From Vicinamibacteria bacterium (GTDB taxonomy: Bacteria > Acidobacteriota > Vicinamibacteria > Marinacidobacterales > Marinacidobacteraceae): a stretch of 64,000 nt of DNA. How positions within the stretch are numbered: position 1 is the stretch's first letter; each line of letters opens with the position of its first letter. Below the pieces are notes generated by a model. The model ran no database searches. It saw only the letters and a list, made by a program, of their open reading frames with translations, and was not told the DNA's origin. Positions 29,398 to 38,984 of this stretch are shown piece after piece. Both the position numbers and the translations under genes were made by a program. The stretch is taken from the NCBI GenBank assembly GCA_963555995.3, contig OY821641.1, positions 3,732,716 through 3,796,715 on the forward strand, written 5' to 3'.

Positions 29398-30701
29398 TTC
29401 CCTTCCTCCGCGAAGACCCGCTCGAACACCGCGTCGAGGTGGCGGAGCTGGACGTCGAGATCGAAGGCGGCGTCGAGTTCCTCGCGGCTCAGGCGGGACG
29501 TGATCCCCTCGTCCTCGTCGAGCCGCTCCCGGAGCGTCCCGCCGCCCTCCCAGAGGCGCATGGCCGCGCCCTGCACCATCCGGTAGGCGTCCTCGCGCGA
29601 GATCCCCTTGGCGGCGAGGTCGAGCAGCACCTGGCCGCTGAAGACCATCCCGTTCATCCGGTTCAGGTTCTCCCGCATGGAGTCGGCGCGGACCACCAGC
29701 CCGTCGAGGATCCGGGTCATGCGCAGGAGGATGTGGTCGGTGAGCAGGAAACTCTGCGGAATCGCCATCCGCTCCGCGGACGAATGGGAGATGTCCCGCT
29801 CGTTCCAGAGCGCGATGTTCTCGATGGCGGGCAGGGTGTTGGCGCGGATGATCCGGGCGAGGCCGCAGACCTGTTCGCAGCCCACCGGGTTCCGCTTGTG
29901 GGGCATCGCCGAGGAGCCCTTCTGACCGCGCCCGAAGGGTTCCTCCAGTTCCCGGATCTCGGTGCGCTGGAGGTTCCGGATCTCGGTGGCGACCTTCTCC
30001 AGCGTGCCGGCGAGGATGGCGAGCGCGGCGGCCAGCTCGGCGTGGCGGTCGCGCTGGACGACCTGGGTGGAGATCGCGGCGGGACGGAGCCCGAGCGCGT
30101 CGCAGACCCGCTTCTCGACGCTCGGCGGCAGGTGGGCGAAGGTGCCGACGGCGCCGCTGAGCTTGCCCACCCGGACGGCTTCCCGCGCCGCGCTGAGGCG
30201 GTGGTGGTTGCGTCCCATCTCCGCCCACCACAGCGCCAGCTTCATCCCGAAGGTCATCGGCTCGGCGTGGACGCCGTGGGTCCGCCCCACCATCACGGTC
30301 CGGCGGTGCTCCTCCGCCCGGCGCTTCAGGACCTCGCGGATCCCCTCGACCCGCCGCAGGATCAGGTCCGCGGAGCGGACGAGGCGGGTGGCGAGCGCGG
30401 TGTCCACCACGTCGGAGCTGGTGAGTCCGAAGTGGATCCAGCGTCCCTCGGCCCCCACGTGCTCCGCCATGGACTGGGTGAAGGCCACCACGTCGTGCTG
30501 GACGGTCTTCTCGATCTCGTGGATGCGGGCGATGTCGAAGCCGGCCCGCTCCCGGATCGCGGCGGCCGCCTCCGCCGGGACGATCCCCTCGGCCGCCATC
30601 GCCTCGGCGGCGGCGACCTCCACCGCCATCCACGAGGTGAACTGGGCCTCGTCGGTCCAGATCGCCCCCATCTCGGGGCGGACGTACCGGTCGGTGAGCA
30701 C
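29394..30701 (-). CDS. purB: Adenylosuccinate lyase
   Basis: HDVVAF, HFGLTSSD, GRTHGVHAEP and GSSAMPHKRNP. GTG start (LTDRY). Confidence 0.96.
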   Translation of the reverse strand: MLTDRYVRPEMGAIWTDEAQFTSWMAVEVAAAEAMAAEGIVPAEAAAAIRERAGFDIARIHEIEKTVQHDVVAFTQSMAEHVGAEGRWIHFGLTSSDVVDTALATRLVRSADLILRRVEGIREVLKRRAEEHRRTVMVGRTHGVHAEPMTFGMKLALWWAEMGRNHHRLSAAREAVRVGKLSGAVGTFAHLPPSVEKRVCDALGLRPAAISTQVVQRDRHAELAAALAILAGTLEKVATEIRNLQRTEIRELEEPFGRGQKGSSAMPHKRNPVGCEQVCGLARIIRANTLPAIENIALWNERDISHSSAERMAIPQSFLLTDHILLRMTRILDGLVVRADSMRENLNRMNGMVFSGQVLLDLAAKGISREDAYRMVQGAAMRLWEGGGTLRERLDEDEGITSRLSREELDAAFDLDVQLRHLDAVFERVFAEEGN

Positions 30702-30709
30702 CGGGCTAA

Positions 30710-30990
30710 CAGCCTGTGGTGGAACTGGCGCGAGCACCGAGAGCGGCGAGGCGCCCGGCTGACAAGGCGCGTGAGGGAGGAATACCGGGTGTATTCCGAC
30801 CGAAACGCAACGATGAGGGCCGCGCAGCGGCCCGGTTCAGCCGGGATGCACCGTCCCGTTCGCTTCCGAAGCGGGGCGAGAGTTCGAGCCCCGCGGAGAC
30901 CCCTTGAGCACGAAGCATGGCGGCCGGCGGTAACCGTCGGCCGGCATGTTTCGTAGCTCGGGAATGCCGCGCGAGTTTCACTACAGGCTG
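30710..30990. mobile_element. MITE (281 bp) with ends of the IS1182-like element
   Basis: Left end CAGCCTGTGGTGGAACT and right end AGTTTCACTACAGGCTG. No ORF; internal hairpin GGAATAC-N5-GTATTCC. Confidence 0.85.
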
Positions 30991-30996
30991 TTTAGG

Positions 30997-31851
30997 CTAG
31001 ACGGGCCGGAAGAGCGGCGCCGCGTACCCGACGTAGTACCGATCGTTCGTCACCAGCGGTTCCGCCGGCTCGGCGCGGACCTCGCCGGTGACCTGGTGCC
31101 GCTCGGCGACCACGAGCCGGACATGGGCGCGCCCCCCGGCATCCAGCGCGTTCCGGGCGGTCTGGACCGCCAGCGGGCGGGAGTTCGTGTTCTCGGACAG
31201 ATGGGCCAGGACGACCGTTCGCACCGTGCCCGGCAGCCGCCGCCGCAGGTAGAGCGCCAGCGCCCCGTTCGAGAGATGGCCCCGGGTCGAGGCGATCCGC
31301 TGGCGGATGGAGAAGGGGTACCGGCTCTCGAAGAGTTGCTGTTCGTCGTAGTTGGACTCGATCAGCAGGACCGAAGCCCCCTCGACGGCCGCTTCGATCT
31401 CGCGGGACAGATGGCCGAAGTCCGTCACGTGGACCAGGGCCGTGCTCCCGCGCTCGAAGCGGAACCCGATGGGCTCGAGGGCATCGTGGGGTGTCCGGAA
31501 GGGATGCACGGTCAGGGTCCCGATGCGGCGCGGCTCGCCCGGAACCAAGGGGATCCACGCGGGCGGCTCCGTCCCGTTCCGCGCCGGGAGGCGGCTCCAC
31601 GTTCCCTCGGTGCAGGCCACCGGGAGGTGATGACGGCCCGCGAACGCGAGGGCGCTCCGGCAGTGGTCGCCGTGCTCGTGCGAGACCAACACCGCCGCGA
31701 GGTCCGCCGGCGTCCGCCCGGCCGCCGCGATCCGCTTCTCCAGCTCCCGGCAGGAGAGCCCCGCCTCGACGAGCAGCGTCGTCGGCCCCGACGAGACGAG
31801 GGAAGCGTTGCCGGAACTACCGGATCCGAGGACGCGCAGGCTGATTTCCAT
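30997..31851 (-). CDS. Metallo-beta-lactamase-fold hydrolase (YycJ/WalJ-like)
   Basis: LGSGSSGN, SHEHGDH, PHDA, IESNYD, GHLSN and LAHLSE. Confidence 0.9.
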   Translation of the reverse strand: MEISLRVLGSGSSGNASLVSSGPTTLLVEAGLSCRELEKRIAAAGRTPADLAAVLVSHEHGDHCRSALAFAGRHHLPVACTEGTWSRLPARNGTEPPAWIPLVPGEPRRIGTLTVHPFRTPHDALEPIGFRFERGSTALVHVTDFGHLSREIEAAVEGASVLLIESNYDEQQLFESRYPFSIRQRIASTRGHLSNGALALYLRRRLPGTVRTVVLAHLSENTNSRPLAVQTARNALDAGGRAHVRLVVAERHQVTGEVRAEPAEPLVTNDRYYVGYAAPLFRPV

Positions 31852-32000
31852 GGGGGAGACCGAGTCAGGAAAGGGCGGCGAAAACCGCCAATCGGAAGCG
31901 CCGAGCGTAGCACCCGCCGCCGTTCCCGGTCAACGCCCCAACCCCAACATCTTGGGGGTCCGACAAACCCCGACCACAACCCGTTGTGGCGCACCGGCCC

Positions 32001-32182
32001 GGACCGCCGGTCTCCAGACCGGCACACGCGGCGCTCCGCACCGCACCCGTCCCACCCCCCCATGCCCTCACGACGCGCCGGCCTGGACCGCCGGTCTCCA
32101 GACCGGCACCGCGCAGCGCTCCGCGCCGCGCCCGTCCCACACCCCTCCATGCCCTCACGACGCGCCGGCTTGGACCGCCGGT
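32001..32182 (+). repeat. Tandem REP array, left part (units at 32001, 32085, 32172)
   Basis: ~85-bp units GGACCGCCGGTCTCCAGACCGGCAC...CATGCCCTCACGACGCG. The third unit is cut by IS21. Confidence 0.9.
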
Positions 32183-32281
32183 TGTCAAACGACAGGTAAA
32201 GATCGGGCTTAAACGACACGAACTTTGTCACCTGTTTGCGTCGTTGGCTGAGGCTTCGGTTCTCGCTTCAGGGGGACCGCC

Positions 32282-33490
32282 ATGGCACTCAGCAAGGAGC
32301 TTCGGATGACGATCAGGGCGCTTTCGGAGCGTGGTTGTTCCCGGCGTGAGATCGCGCGGGCGGCGCGGGTGAGCGAGCGTCAGGTTCGCTACGAGCTGGG
32401 TCGCGAGGAGGGTAGGCGCGACGGTCGCGGGAAGGTTGAGCGCGCTTCGAGGCTTGGGGAGGAGATCCGGGAGTGGTGCGCGGACTTTGCGGGGGGTCAG
32501 CCCTTGAACGCGACGGCGCTGCACGAGCATTTGGTGGCGGAGCACGGGTATGTGGGGAGCCTGCGGTCGGTGCAGCGGTATCTGCGTCGTCGGTTGGGTC
32601 CGGGCCGGGTACGGGCGCGGCGTCGGGTGGAGACGCCGCCGGGGGCGCAGGCGCAGGCGGACTGGGCGGAGGCGCCGGGGATGCTGGTTGGAGGCCGGCG
32701 GGGGGTAAGTGCGTTTGCGCTGCGGTTGAGCTTTTCGCGGAAGAGCGCGGTGGTGTGGTCCCCGTTGAAGGACACGCTGTCGTGGTTGTGGGTTCACGGG
32801 CAGGCGTTTGTGCGTCTGAAGGGGGTGACGGCGACGGTACGGATGGACAACGTGAAGACGGCGATAGTGCGCGGCGCGGGGGTCTGGGGGGAGGTGAACC
32901 GGGCCTATTTGCGGTATGCGGAGGAGGCGCGGTTTCACATCGATCCCTGTCCGCCGCGGTCTCCGGAGGCGAAGGGGAAGGTGGAGCGAGGGATCCTGGA
33001 CCTGCGGGGTTGGGGTCCGGGGCCGACGAGCGAGTGGTCGAGCCTGGAGGAGTTGCAGGCGTGGACGGACGCTCGGTTGCTGGAGTGGGAGTCGCGCCGG
33101 ACGAGCCCGGCGACGGGGCGCGGGGTGTTGGAGAGTTGGGAGGAGGAGCAGGGGTATTTGGGGGACTGCACGGGGTTGCCGGAGCCGTTCGACCTGGTGG
33201 GGCTGCGGCCGGTGCCGTTCCGTCTGGTGGGGACCCGGGTGGAGGTGCGCCGGTGCGCGCGCCGGGTGCAGGTGTTGGATCGCGGGGAGGTGGTGGCGGA
33301 GCATCCCCGAGAGGGCAACTCCTTGCTTGTGCGCGACTTGTCGCATTACGAGGGGGCTTCGACGGGTCGGGTGATCGCGCCGGCGCCGCTGGGGCGGATG
33401 GGGCGTCGGCTGGAGGAGATCGGGGCGATGGCTCCGGAGGAACGTCCCCTGGATCTGTATGCGGCGCTGGCGGAGGTAGCGCGATGGTGA
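32282..33490 (+). CDS. istA: IS21 transposase IstA
   Basis: N-terminal HTH, ETPPGAQAQADW, DNVKTA and KGKVER. Confidence 0.93.
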   Translation: MALSKELRMTIRALSERGCSRREIARAARVSERQVRYELGREEGRRDGRGKVERASRLGEEIREWCADFAGGQPLNATALHEHLVAEHGYVGSLRSVQRYLRRRLGPGRVRARRRVETPPGAQAQADWAEAPGMLVGGRRGVSAFALRLSFSRKSAVVWSPLKDTLSWLWVHGQAFVRLKGVTATVRMDNVKTAIVRGAGVWGEVNRAYLRYAEEARFHIDPCPPRSPEAKGKVERGILDLRGWGPGPTSEWSSLEELQAWTDARLLEWESRRTSPATGRGVLESWEEEQGYLGDCTGLPEPFDLVGLRPVPFRLVGTRVEVRRCARRVQVLDRGEVVAEHPREGNSLLVRDLSHYEGASTGRVIAPAPLGRMGRRLEEIGAMAPEERPLDLYAALAEVARW

Positions 33491-34341
33491 GTATGGATGT
33501 GGACCTGGACCTGGACCGGACGCGGCGGATCCTGGGAGAGCTCGGGATGCGGGAGGCATCGGCTCGGTTGTCCGAGTTGCTGACCGAGTGTGCGCGGGAG
33601 GAGCTGCCGGCGCATCGCCTGTTGGTTCGGGTCCTGGAGACGGAGAGGGAGTTCCGCCGGCAGCGGCGGCTGGAGATGGGGCTGCGGATGGCGGGGTTGC
33701 CTCTGGGACGGACCCTGGGGAACTTCGACTTCGGCTTCCAGCCGACGCTGGACCGGACGCGGGTGGAACTGTTGGGCACCTGCGGTTGGATCCGGGAGCG
33801 GCAGAACGTTCTGCTGCAGGGCCCGCCGGGGGTGGGGAAGACGCACCTGGCGGCGGGTCTGGGGATGCGGGCGCTGGAGAACGGGTTCCGGGTGGCGTTC
33901 TACCGGCTGGACGAGTTGCTGCGGACCCTGAAGCGGCATGAGGGGTCGACGACGCCACGGGGGAACCGGCGGTATCTGTCGGCGTCGCTGTTGATCATCG
34001 ACGAGATGGGCTACGAAGCCCTGGACGCGAAGGAAGCGAGTCAACTGTTCCGGTTGATCAACGACCGGCATGAGCGGGGGAGCGTGCTGGTCACGACGAA
34101 CAAGGCGATCCGGGAATGGCCGGAGGTGCTGGCGGGGGACGCGGTGCTGGCGAGCGCGATCCTGGACCGGTTCCTGCACCGCTGCGTGGTCCTCGACATC
34201 CGTGGCCGCAGCTATCGGCTGCGGGATCTGGAGCAGAGCTTCCGGGAGCGCCAGGAGACGATCGCTCGATCCTTCCTCCTCCCGGAAGAGGCGGCCTCAT
34301 CCCCCGCCGCGGCGCCGGCGGGGAAGGAGGGACGTCGGTGA
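33484..34341 (+). CDS. istB: IS21 ATP-binding helper IstB
   Basis: FDFGFQP, Walker A GPPGVGKT, Walker B LIIDEMGY, AILDRFLH and GRSYR. Confidence 0.95.
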   Translation: MVSMDVDLDLDRTRRILGELGMREASARLSELLTECAREELPAHRLLVRVLETEREFRRQRRLEMGLRMAGLPLGRTLGNFDFGFQPTLDRTRVELLGTCGWIRERQNVLLQGPPGVGKTHLAAGLGMRALENGFRVAFYRLDELLRTLKRHEGSTTPRGNRRYLSASLLIIDEMGYEALDAKEASQLFRLINDRHERGSVLVTTNKAIREWPEVLAGDAVLASAILDRFLHRCVVLDIRGRSYRLRDLEQSFRERQETIARSFLLPEEAASSPAAAPAGKEGRR

Positions 34342-34466
34342 GCGCTCTGGTCGCCCTCCGGGCTCCCGCCGCGCTCCCCAACGTCCCTCCTTCCCCGCCG
34401 AAACAGGCTCTCCAGGGTGACAAAGTAGGTGTCGTTTATCTGGGCCAAACTAGGTGTCGCTTGACA

Positions 34467-34613
34467 CCGGTCTCCAGACCGGCACCGCGGCGCTCCGCGC
34501 CGCGCACGTCCCCCCATGCCCTCACGACGCGCGGGCCTGGACCGCCGGTCTCCAGACCGGCACCGCGGCGCTCCGCGCCGCGCACGCCCCAACCCCACGT
34601 GCCCTCACGGCAC
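34467..34613 (+). repeat. Tandem REP array, right part
   Basis: Continuation of the interrupted unit, plus a fourth unit at 34539. Confidence 0.9.
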
Positions 34614-34637
34614 CCCCGGGCGCTATGGTGATCCCCA

Positions 34638-35744
34638 GTGCAAAACCTCTACGGCCTCTCCCGCGCGGAACTGACCCAGGCGGCGGCGGACCTCGATCTC
34701 CCACCCTACCGCGCCCGCCAGCTCTTCCGCCACCTCTACCGACACGCCCAGGCCGACTTCCGCGAGATGACCGACTTCTCGGCAGTCCTCCGCGACGAAC
34801 TCGCCGCCCGCTTCCGCATCGCGCACCCCCGCATCGTGGAGTCGTCGCAGTCCGGCGACGGCGCCGTCAAGCTGCTGATCGAACTCGAAGACGGCCTCCT
34901 GACGGAGACCGTCGCCATCGGTAGCCGGCGCGACGCGGCGGGCGGCCGGTCGGGCCGGGCGCAGGGCACGGACGGAGACGCCTCCGACCTGACGGTCTGC
35001 GTCTCCACCCAGGTCGGCTGCCCCCTCGCGTGCACCTTCTGCCGCTCCGGCGCCATCCCGTTCCGCCGGAACCTGACCCCCGGCGAGATCGCCGCCCAGG
35101 TGCTGCTCGCCGAACGCACCGCGCCGGAGGCCGCGAGGGGCCGCCGGAACGTCGTTTACATGGGGATGGGCGAACCGCTCCTCAACACCGACGCCGTGAT
35201 CGCGTCCCTCGACCTCCTCACCGACCCGGACGGCTTCGCCATCCCGCCCCGCCGCATCACGGTCTCCACGGTGGGCCTGCCGGAGGAGATCGGCCGCTTG
35301 GGCGCCGCCGCGCCGCAAGTCGGCATCGCCATTAGCCTCCACGCCGGCGACGACGAGACGCGCGGGAAGTTCATGCCCATCGGCCGCCGCCACCGCACGC
35401 CCGAGATCTTCGCGGCGCTGGAGAACCTGCCCCCCTCGAACCGCCGCATCACCATCGAGTACGTCCTCCTCGGCGGCGAGAACGACCGCCCGGAAGACGC
35501 CCGCGAACTGATCCGCCAGTTGCGCCGCCTCACCGCATCGGGCATCCGGCCCCACGTCAACCTCATCGCCTTCAACCCGTGGGACAACCCCGCCCCCGGC
35601 CCGCCACATCGGCCTGGCACGGAGGAGGATGCCGAACGTTTCCTCGCGACCGTGTCGGCCGTCGGCTTCGTCACCACCCTCCGCCGCAGCCGCGGCCGGG
35701 ACGTCCTCGCGGCCTGCGGCCAATTGGCGGCAACGCCGTCTTGA
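34638..35744 (+). CDS. rlmN: 23S rRNA m2A2503 / tRNA methyltransferase RlmN (radical SAM)
   Basis: CVSTQVGCPLACTFC, MGMGEP, ISLHA, IEYVLL and AACGQL. Confidence 0.95.
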   Translation: MQNLYGLSRAELTQAAADLDLPPYRARQLFRHLYRHAQADFREMTDFSAVLRDELAARFRIAHPRIVESSQSGDGAVKLLIELEDGLLTETVAIGSRRDAAGGRSGRAQGTDGDASDLTVCVSTQVGCPLACTFCRSGAIPFRRNLTPGEIAAQVLLAERTAPEAARGRRNVVYMGMGEPLLNTDAVIASLDLLTDPDGFAIPPRRITVSTVGLPEEIGRLGAAAPQVGIAISLHAGDDETRGKFMPIGRRHRTPEIFAALENLPPSNRRITIEYVLLGGENDRPEDARELIRQLRRLTASGIRPHVNLIAFNPWDNPAPGPPHRPGTEEDAERFLATVSAVGFVTTLRRSRGRDVLAACGQLAATPS

Positions 35745-35755
35745 AGCCCGCGAGC

Positions 35756-35855
35756 GCCGACCCCGGTTATTGAGGGGAGCTCCCGCCGCCGGCCCCGGAT
35801 ATCGAGGGGAGCTCCTGCTGCCGACCTCCGTTATCGAAGGGAGGTCCTCCGCCGA
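35756..35855 (+). repeat. Imperfect 32-bp tandem repeat x3
   Basis: GCCGACCCCGGTTATTGAGGGGAGCTCCCGCC / GCCGGCCCCGGATATCGAGGGGAGCTCCTGCT / GCCGACCTCCGTTATCGAAGGGAGGTCCTCC. Confidence 0.8.
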
Positions 35856-36052
35856 AACGTGGAGACCGCCGGCCTGGGTTTGGTTAGCTCCGTCGCGATC
35901 GAAGGGTCGCGAATCCCAAGACTGCGGCTTCGCGCGGTCGAGACGGGATCGGGCCACAGCCCGTGGTCCACGCGCTCCCGCTGACGCCCGCCGTCTACTG
36001 CCGGCCAGGGTTGGTGGACGAGCGGCTCGTTCGTTTCGCGGGGCGCCATCAA

Positions 36053-36103
36053 CGCGGATTTCGCACTCCCGCGCGATGCCGACTGGAGGTCGGCGCTCCG
36101 AGC
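36053..36103 (-). repeat. REP variant
   Basis: Minus strand reads GGAGC-GCCGAC-CTCCA-GTCGGC-ATCGCGCG, similar to the copy at 47805-47850. Confidence 0.7.
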
Positions 36104-36125
36104 CGTCGGTACGGTCCGCCCCCGC

Positions 36126-38747
36126 TCAGAACGACGCCGTGACGTTCAGGGAGACGGTGCGGGGGGCGCCGAGGAAGGCGGCCTGGCCGGTGATGGTGGC
36201 GAGGTAGGGGCGGTCGAGGAGGTTGTTGCCGACGAGGGCCACTTCGAGGCCGCTGAGTCGCGGGCTGATGCGGCCCGCCGACCAGCGGAAGTAGGCGTCC
36301 AGCAGCCAGTAGGGATCGCTGGTCCAGGAGCCGTCGAGGGTGACGTTGCGGGCCGCGGTGTACTTCGCGGAGATCCCGGCGGCGACCGGGTCGCCGGTGT
36401 GGTCGGCGGAGAACACGATCAGGGTGCGCGGAACGCCGACGACGGGGCTGCCGGGGGTGATGCCCTGGGCGGCGGCGACCAGCGGGTCGCCGGTCCCGAC
36501 GTAGGTGGCGTCGTTCCGGGTCCAGGCGGTGTAGAGGGAAGTGGCCTCGGTGACGCGCAGGGTGGCCGAGAGCTCCACGCCCTCGGATTCGATGCCGCCC
36601 GCGTTGAAGTAGGAACCGCCTCCCGCCACGAGGTAGTTCGGGCCGGTGGCGGTCTGGGGGGAGAGGAAGAAGATCCGGTTCTGGAAGTCAATCCGGTAGA
36701 ACGTCGCGGTGGCCGCCACCCGCTCGCCGGTGTAGCGGAGGCCGGCGTCCAGGTTGGCGGCGGTTTCGGGTTCGAGTCCGGCGAGGCTCCGGCCCGGGAC
36801 TTCGAGGAGGCGGTCGGAGAGGGACTTGAAGTTCTCGGCGTAGCCGGCGAAGAGTTCCAGACCCTCGACCGGCGCGGTGTAGGTGAGCCCGCCGGAGAGG
36901 AGCAGGTCCGAATCCGAGGACACCGACAGCTCGGCGGTGTCGCCGAAGAGGTCCCTCCGGCTCACGTCCACGAGGTACTGCCGGACACCGGCGTTGATCG
37001 CCAGCGGGCCGGCGAAGAGGGTGTCCTCGAGGTACCACTTGACGATGGTCTGCGGGAACTCCCAGTCGTACTGGCGCCAGTAGGGGGTGTCGTCGAACCC
37101 GAAGGACACCCGCGCGTCGGTGATCTTGTGCCAGTCGCGGCCGAGGTCGCGGCGGCCGTCTTCCGCCCAGAGCCCGGCGCGGAGCCGGTTCCCGCCGATG
37201 GCGAGCTCCCTGAACCAGTCGCCGTCGAGGGTCACGCCGACGCGGTCCTTGCCGTAGTGGCTGTGCCGGTAGGAGTGCAGCGGAATGGCGCCCTCGGGAT
37301 GGCACGCGGGGTCGTACTCCGGGCCCGCGCCGCCGTAGGGGAACTGGATGGAGGAGACGCAGCCGGGCCGCGGCGCGAGCGGGACGCCCGCCGGGTCCAC
37401 GAAATAGAGCCGGCCGAGCGGGGTCCCGCCCTGCGCGGTCTGTCCGGAGACCAGTTCGGACTCCGGGCCGCCGCCGTCGTCGGTCACGTCCACGAGGTAG
37501 GGCGGCAGCCAGTCGCCGCGGCCCCGCTGCCGGTGGAAATACGCGCCGCCCGTGATCGAGAGCGCGCCGGTGGCGGCGAACTCGGCCTTCAGGTAGCCGA
37601 AGGTGTTCTCGCGCGGGATGGCCCAGCCGGGCCGGTACAACTGGTTCACCCACGGCGTGTCCGTCCAGGTGTCGGTGAGCCGGTCCCAGCGGGGGTCGGC
37701 GCGGAACTCCGCGTCCGACGAAAGCCGCTGGTAGGAGGCGTTGTGGGCGTCGTCGTGGGAGAGATAGGCCGTCAGGTCGAGCCGGCCCGCCGTCGCCCGG
37801 ACCTTTCCGGCGAGGTGGTCCCGTTCGATCCGCGCGAACTGCTGCATCCAGTCGCGGCCCTCCTGGCGCACCGCGGACACCCAGGCGCGGATCTCCCGGC
37901 TGAACAGGTGCCCCGTGTCCATCCGCAGGTAGAAGCGCTGGCTGTCGTGCGCGCCGAGTCCGAGCGACGCCGTGAACTTCCGCTCGTGCTCCGGTTCGTC
38001 GGTGGTGAAGTCGAGGGTGCCGCCGAGCGCCTCGATGGAGCGGGAGGCGATGTCCGCCGTTCCCTGGGAGACGGTGACGCCGCCCATGTTCGCCGGGTCC
38101 ACGAACCGGTTGGCCTTGGAGCCGGTCCAGTAGTCCGAGGTGCCGTTCGGCATCCCGTCAATCGTGGTGCCGATCTGGGCTTCGTCGAGGTTCACCTGGA
38201 AGCCGCGCATGGAGATGCTGGTGGACCAGTCGTCGGTCCCGTAGCTGTCGCCTTCCTGGATCGAGACGCCGGGGAGGTTGTCCACCACCGCCAGCACGCT
38301 GGTGATCGGCGTCTGCTGGGCGACCATCGGTTCCGCGACGATGTTCGTGGCGAAGCTGCGCGGCTCCTCGGCGACGACGGTGATGGCCTCCATCACCCGG
38401 CTGAGCTCGAGGACGAGGTCGAGCCGCGTCACTGTGTCGGCCTCGACGGAGGCCGGCTCGCTGCGGGTCTCGAAGCCGGACAGGGTTGCTTCGATGCGGT
38501 AGTCCCCGGGGGGGAGGTTCTCGAAGGTGAAGCGGCCGTTGGCTGCCGTGACCTGCGGTCCCGCGGGGATTGCCGCGCCGACCAGCGTCACGGTGACCCC
38601 GGGGAGGGCGCTGCCGGTCGAGTCCAGCACGCGGCCCTCGATGGAGCCGGGGGGCTGGGCCGCGACCAGCGAAGGGAGGAGCGCCAGCAGCACCGCCGCT
38701 CCGGGGGCACGCCGGCGCCGCGGGGGTTCCTTGGACATGGGTTTCAT
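36126..38747 (-). CDS. TonB-dependent receptor with N-terminal carboxypeptidase-regulatory-like domain
   Basis: Signal peptide, GRVLDSTGSALPGVTV, plug region (LPGVSI, SMRGF, IDGMP), LEPETA, NNLLD and terminal Phe. RBS GGAGGA. Confidence 0.92.
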   Translation of the reverse strand: MKPMSKEPPRRRRAPGAAVLLALLPSLVAAQPPGSIEGRVLDSTGSALPGVTVTLVGAAIPAGPQVTAANGRFTFENLPPGDYRIEATLSGFETRSEPASVEADTVTRLDLVLELSRVMEAITVVAEEPRSFATNIVAEPMVAQQTPITSVLAVVDNLPGVSIQEGDSYGTDDWSTSISMRGFQVNLDEAQIGTTIDGMPNGTSDYWTGSKANRFVDPANMGGVTVSQGTADIASRSIEALGGTLDFTTDEPEHERKFTASLGLGAHDSQRFYLRMDTGHLFSREIRAWVSAVRQEGRDWMQQFARIERDHLAGKVRATAGRLDLTAYLSHDDAHNASYQRLSSDAEFRADPRWDRLTDTWTDTPWVNQLYRPGWAIPRENTFGYLKAEFAATGALSITGGAYFHRQRGRGDWLPPYLVDVTDDGGGPESELVSGQTAQGGTPLGRLYFVDPAGVPLAPRPGCVSSIQFPYGGAGPEYDPACHPEGAIPLHSYRHSHYGKDRVGVTLDGDWFRELAIGGNRLRAGLWAEDGRRDLGRDWHKITDARVSFGFDDTPYWRQYDWEFPQTIVKWYLEDTLFAGPLAINAGVRQYLVDVSRRDLFGDTAELSVSSDSDLLLSGGLTYTAPVEGLELFAGYAENFKSLSDRLLEVPGRSLAGLEPETAANLDAGLRYTGERVAATATFYRIDFQNRIFFLSPQTATGPNYLVAGGGSYFNAGGIESEGVELSATLRVTEATSLYTAWTRNDATYVGTGDPLVAAAQGITPGSPVVGVPRTLIVFSADHTGDPVAAGISAKYTAARNVTLDGSWTSDPYWLLDAYFRWSAGRISPRLSGLEVALVGNNLLDRPYLATITGQAAFLGAPRTVSLNVTASF

Positions 38748-38885
38748 TCCTCCGGCCAATGGCGGGCGAGGAGCTGGGGGATTTGATGGACGGGGACGGC
38801 GGAGAGCCGGTCGTCCAGCGGGTACGGGACAGTACCCGGATAGACCACCCCGAGGTGCACCAGTTGCAGATCGCTGAGCGGCACG
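38744..38885 (-). pseudogene. C-terminal relic of an AAA_14/DUF4143-type ATPase
   Basis: LSDLQLVHLGVVYPGTVPYPLDDRLSAVPV matches the typical C-terminus ALxDLxLxxLxVVYPGxxxYPL. Its stop overlaps the TonB start. Confidence 0.55.
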
Positions 38886-38984
38886 CGCACAGGAAATATC
38901 CCTGAAAACCGGGTACTCAACAACCGATCTTCAGGGGTAAGCAGTTCTTTTGATGGGACCTCGCTGCCGCCGCAGTTCAGGAAT

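Larger units (their letters stand above)
32183..34466 (+). mobile_element. IS21-family insertion sequence (2284 bp)
   Basis: Ends TGTCAAACGACA and TGTCGCTTGACA with repeated subterminal motifs. 5-bp TSD CCGGT at 32178-32182 and 34467-34471. Confidence 0.95.

Noticed and set aside
30840-30960. tRNA or other known ncRNA inside the MITE (GTTCGAG motif near 30883)
   Set aside because: No cloverleaf, acceptor stem or CCA could be built, and the motif lies within the MITE's variable interior.
32001-34613. CRISPR array (also considered for 3551-4010, 35756-35855 and 38985-39292)
   Set aside because: The sequences between repeats are themselves repeated rather than unique spacers, unit lengths do not fit, and there are no cas genes.
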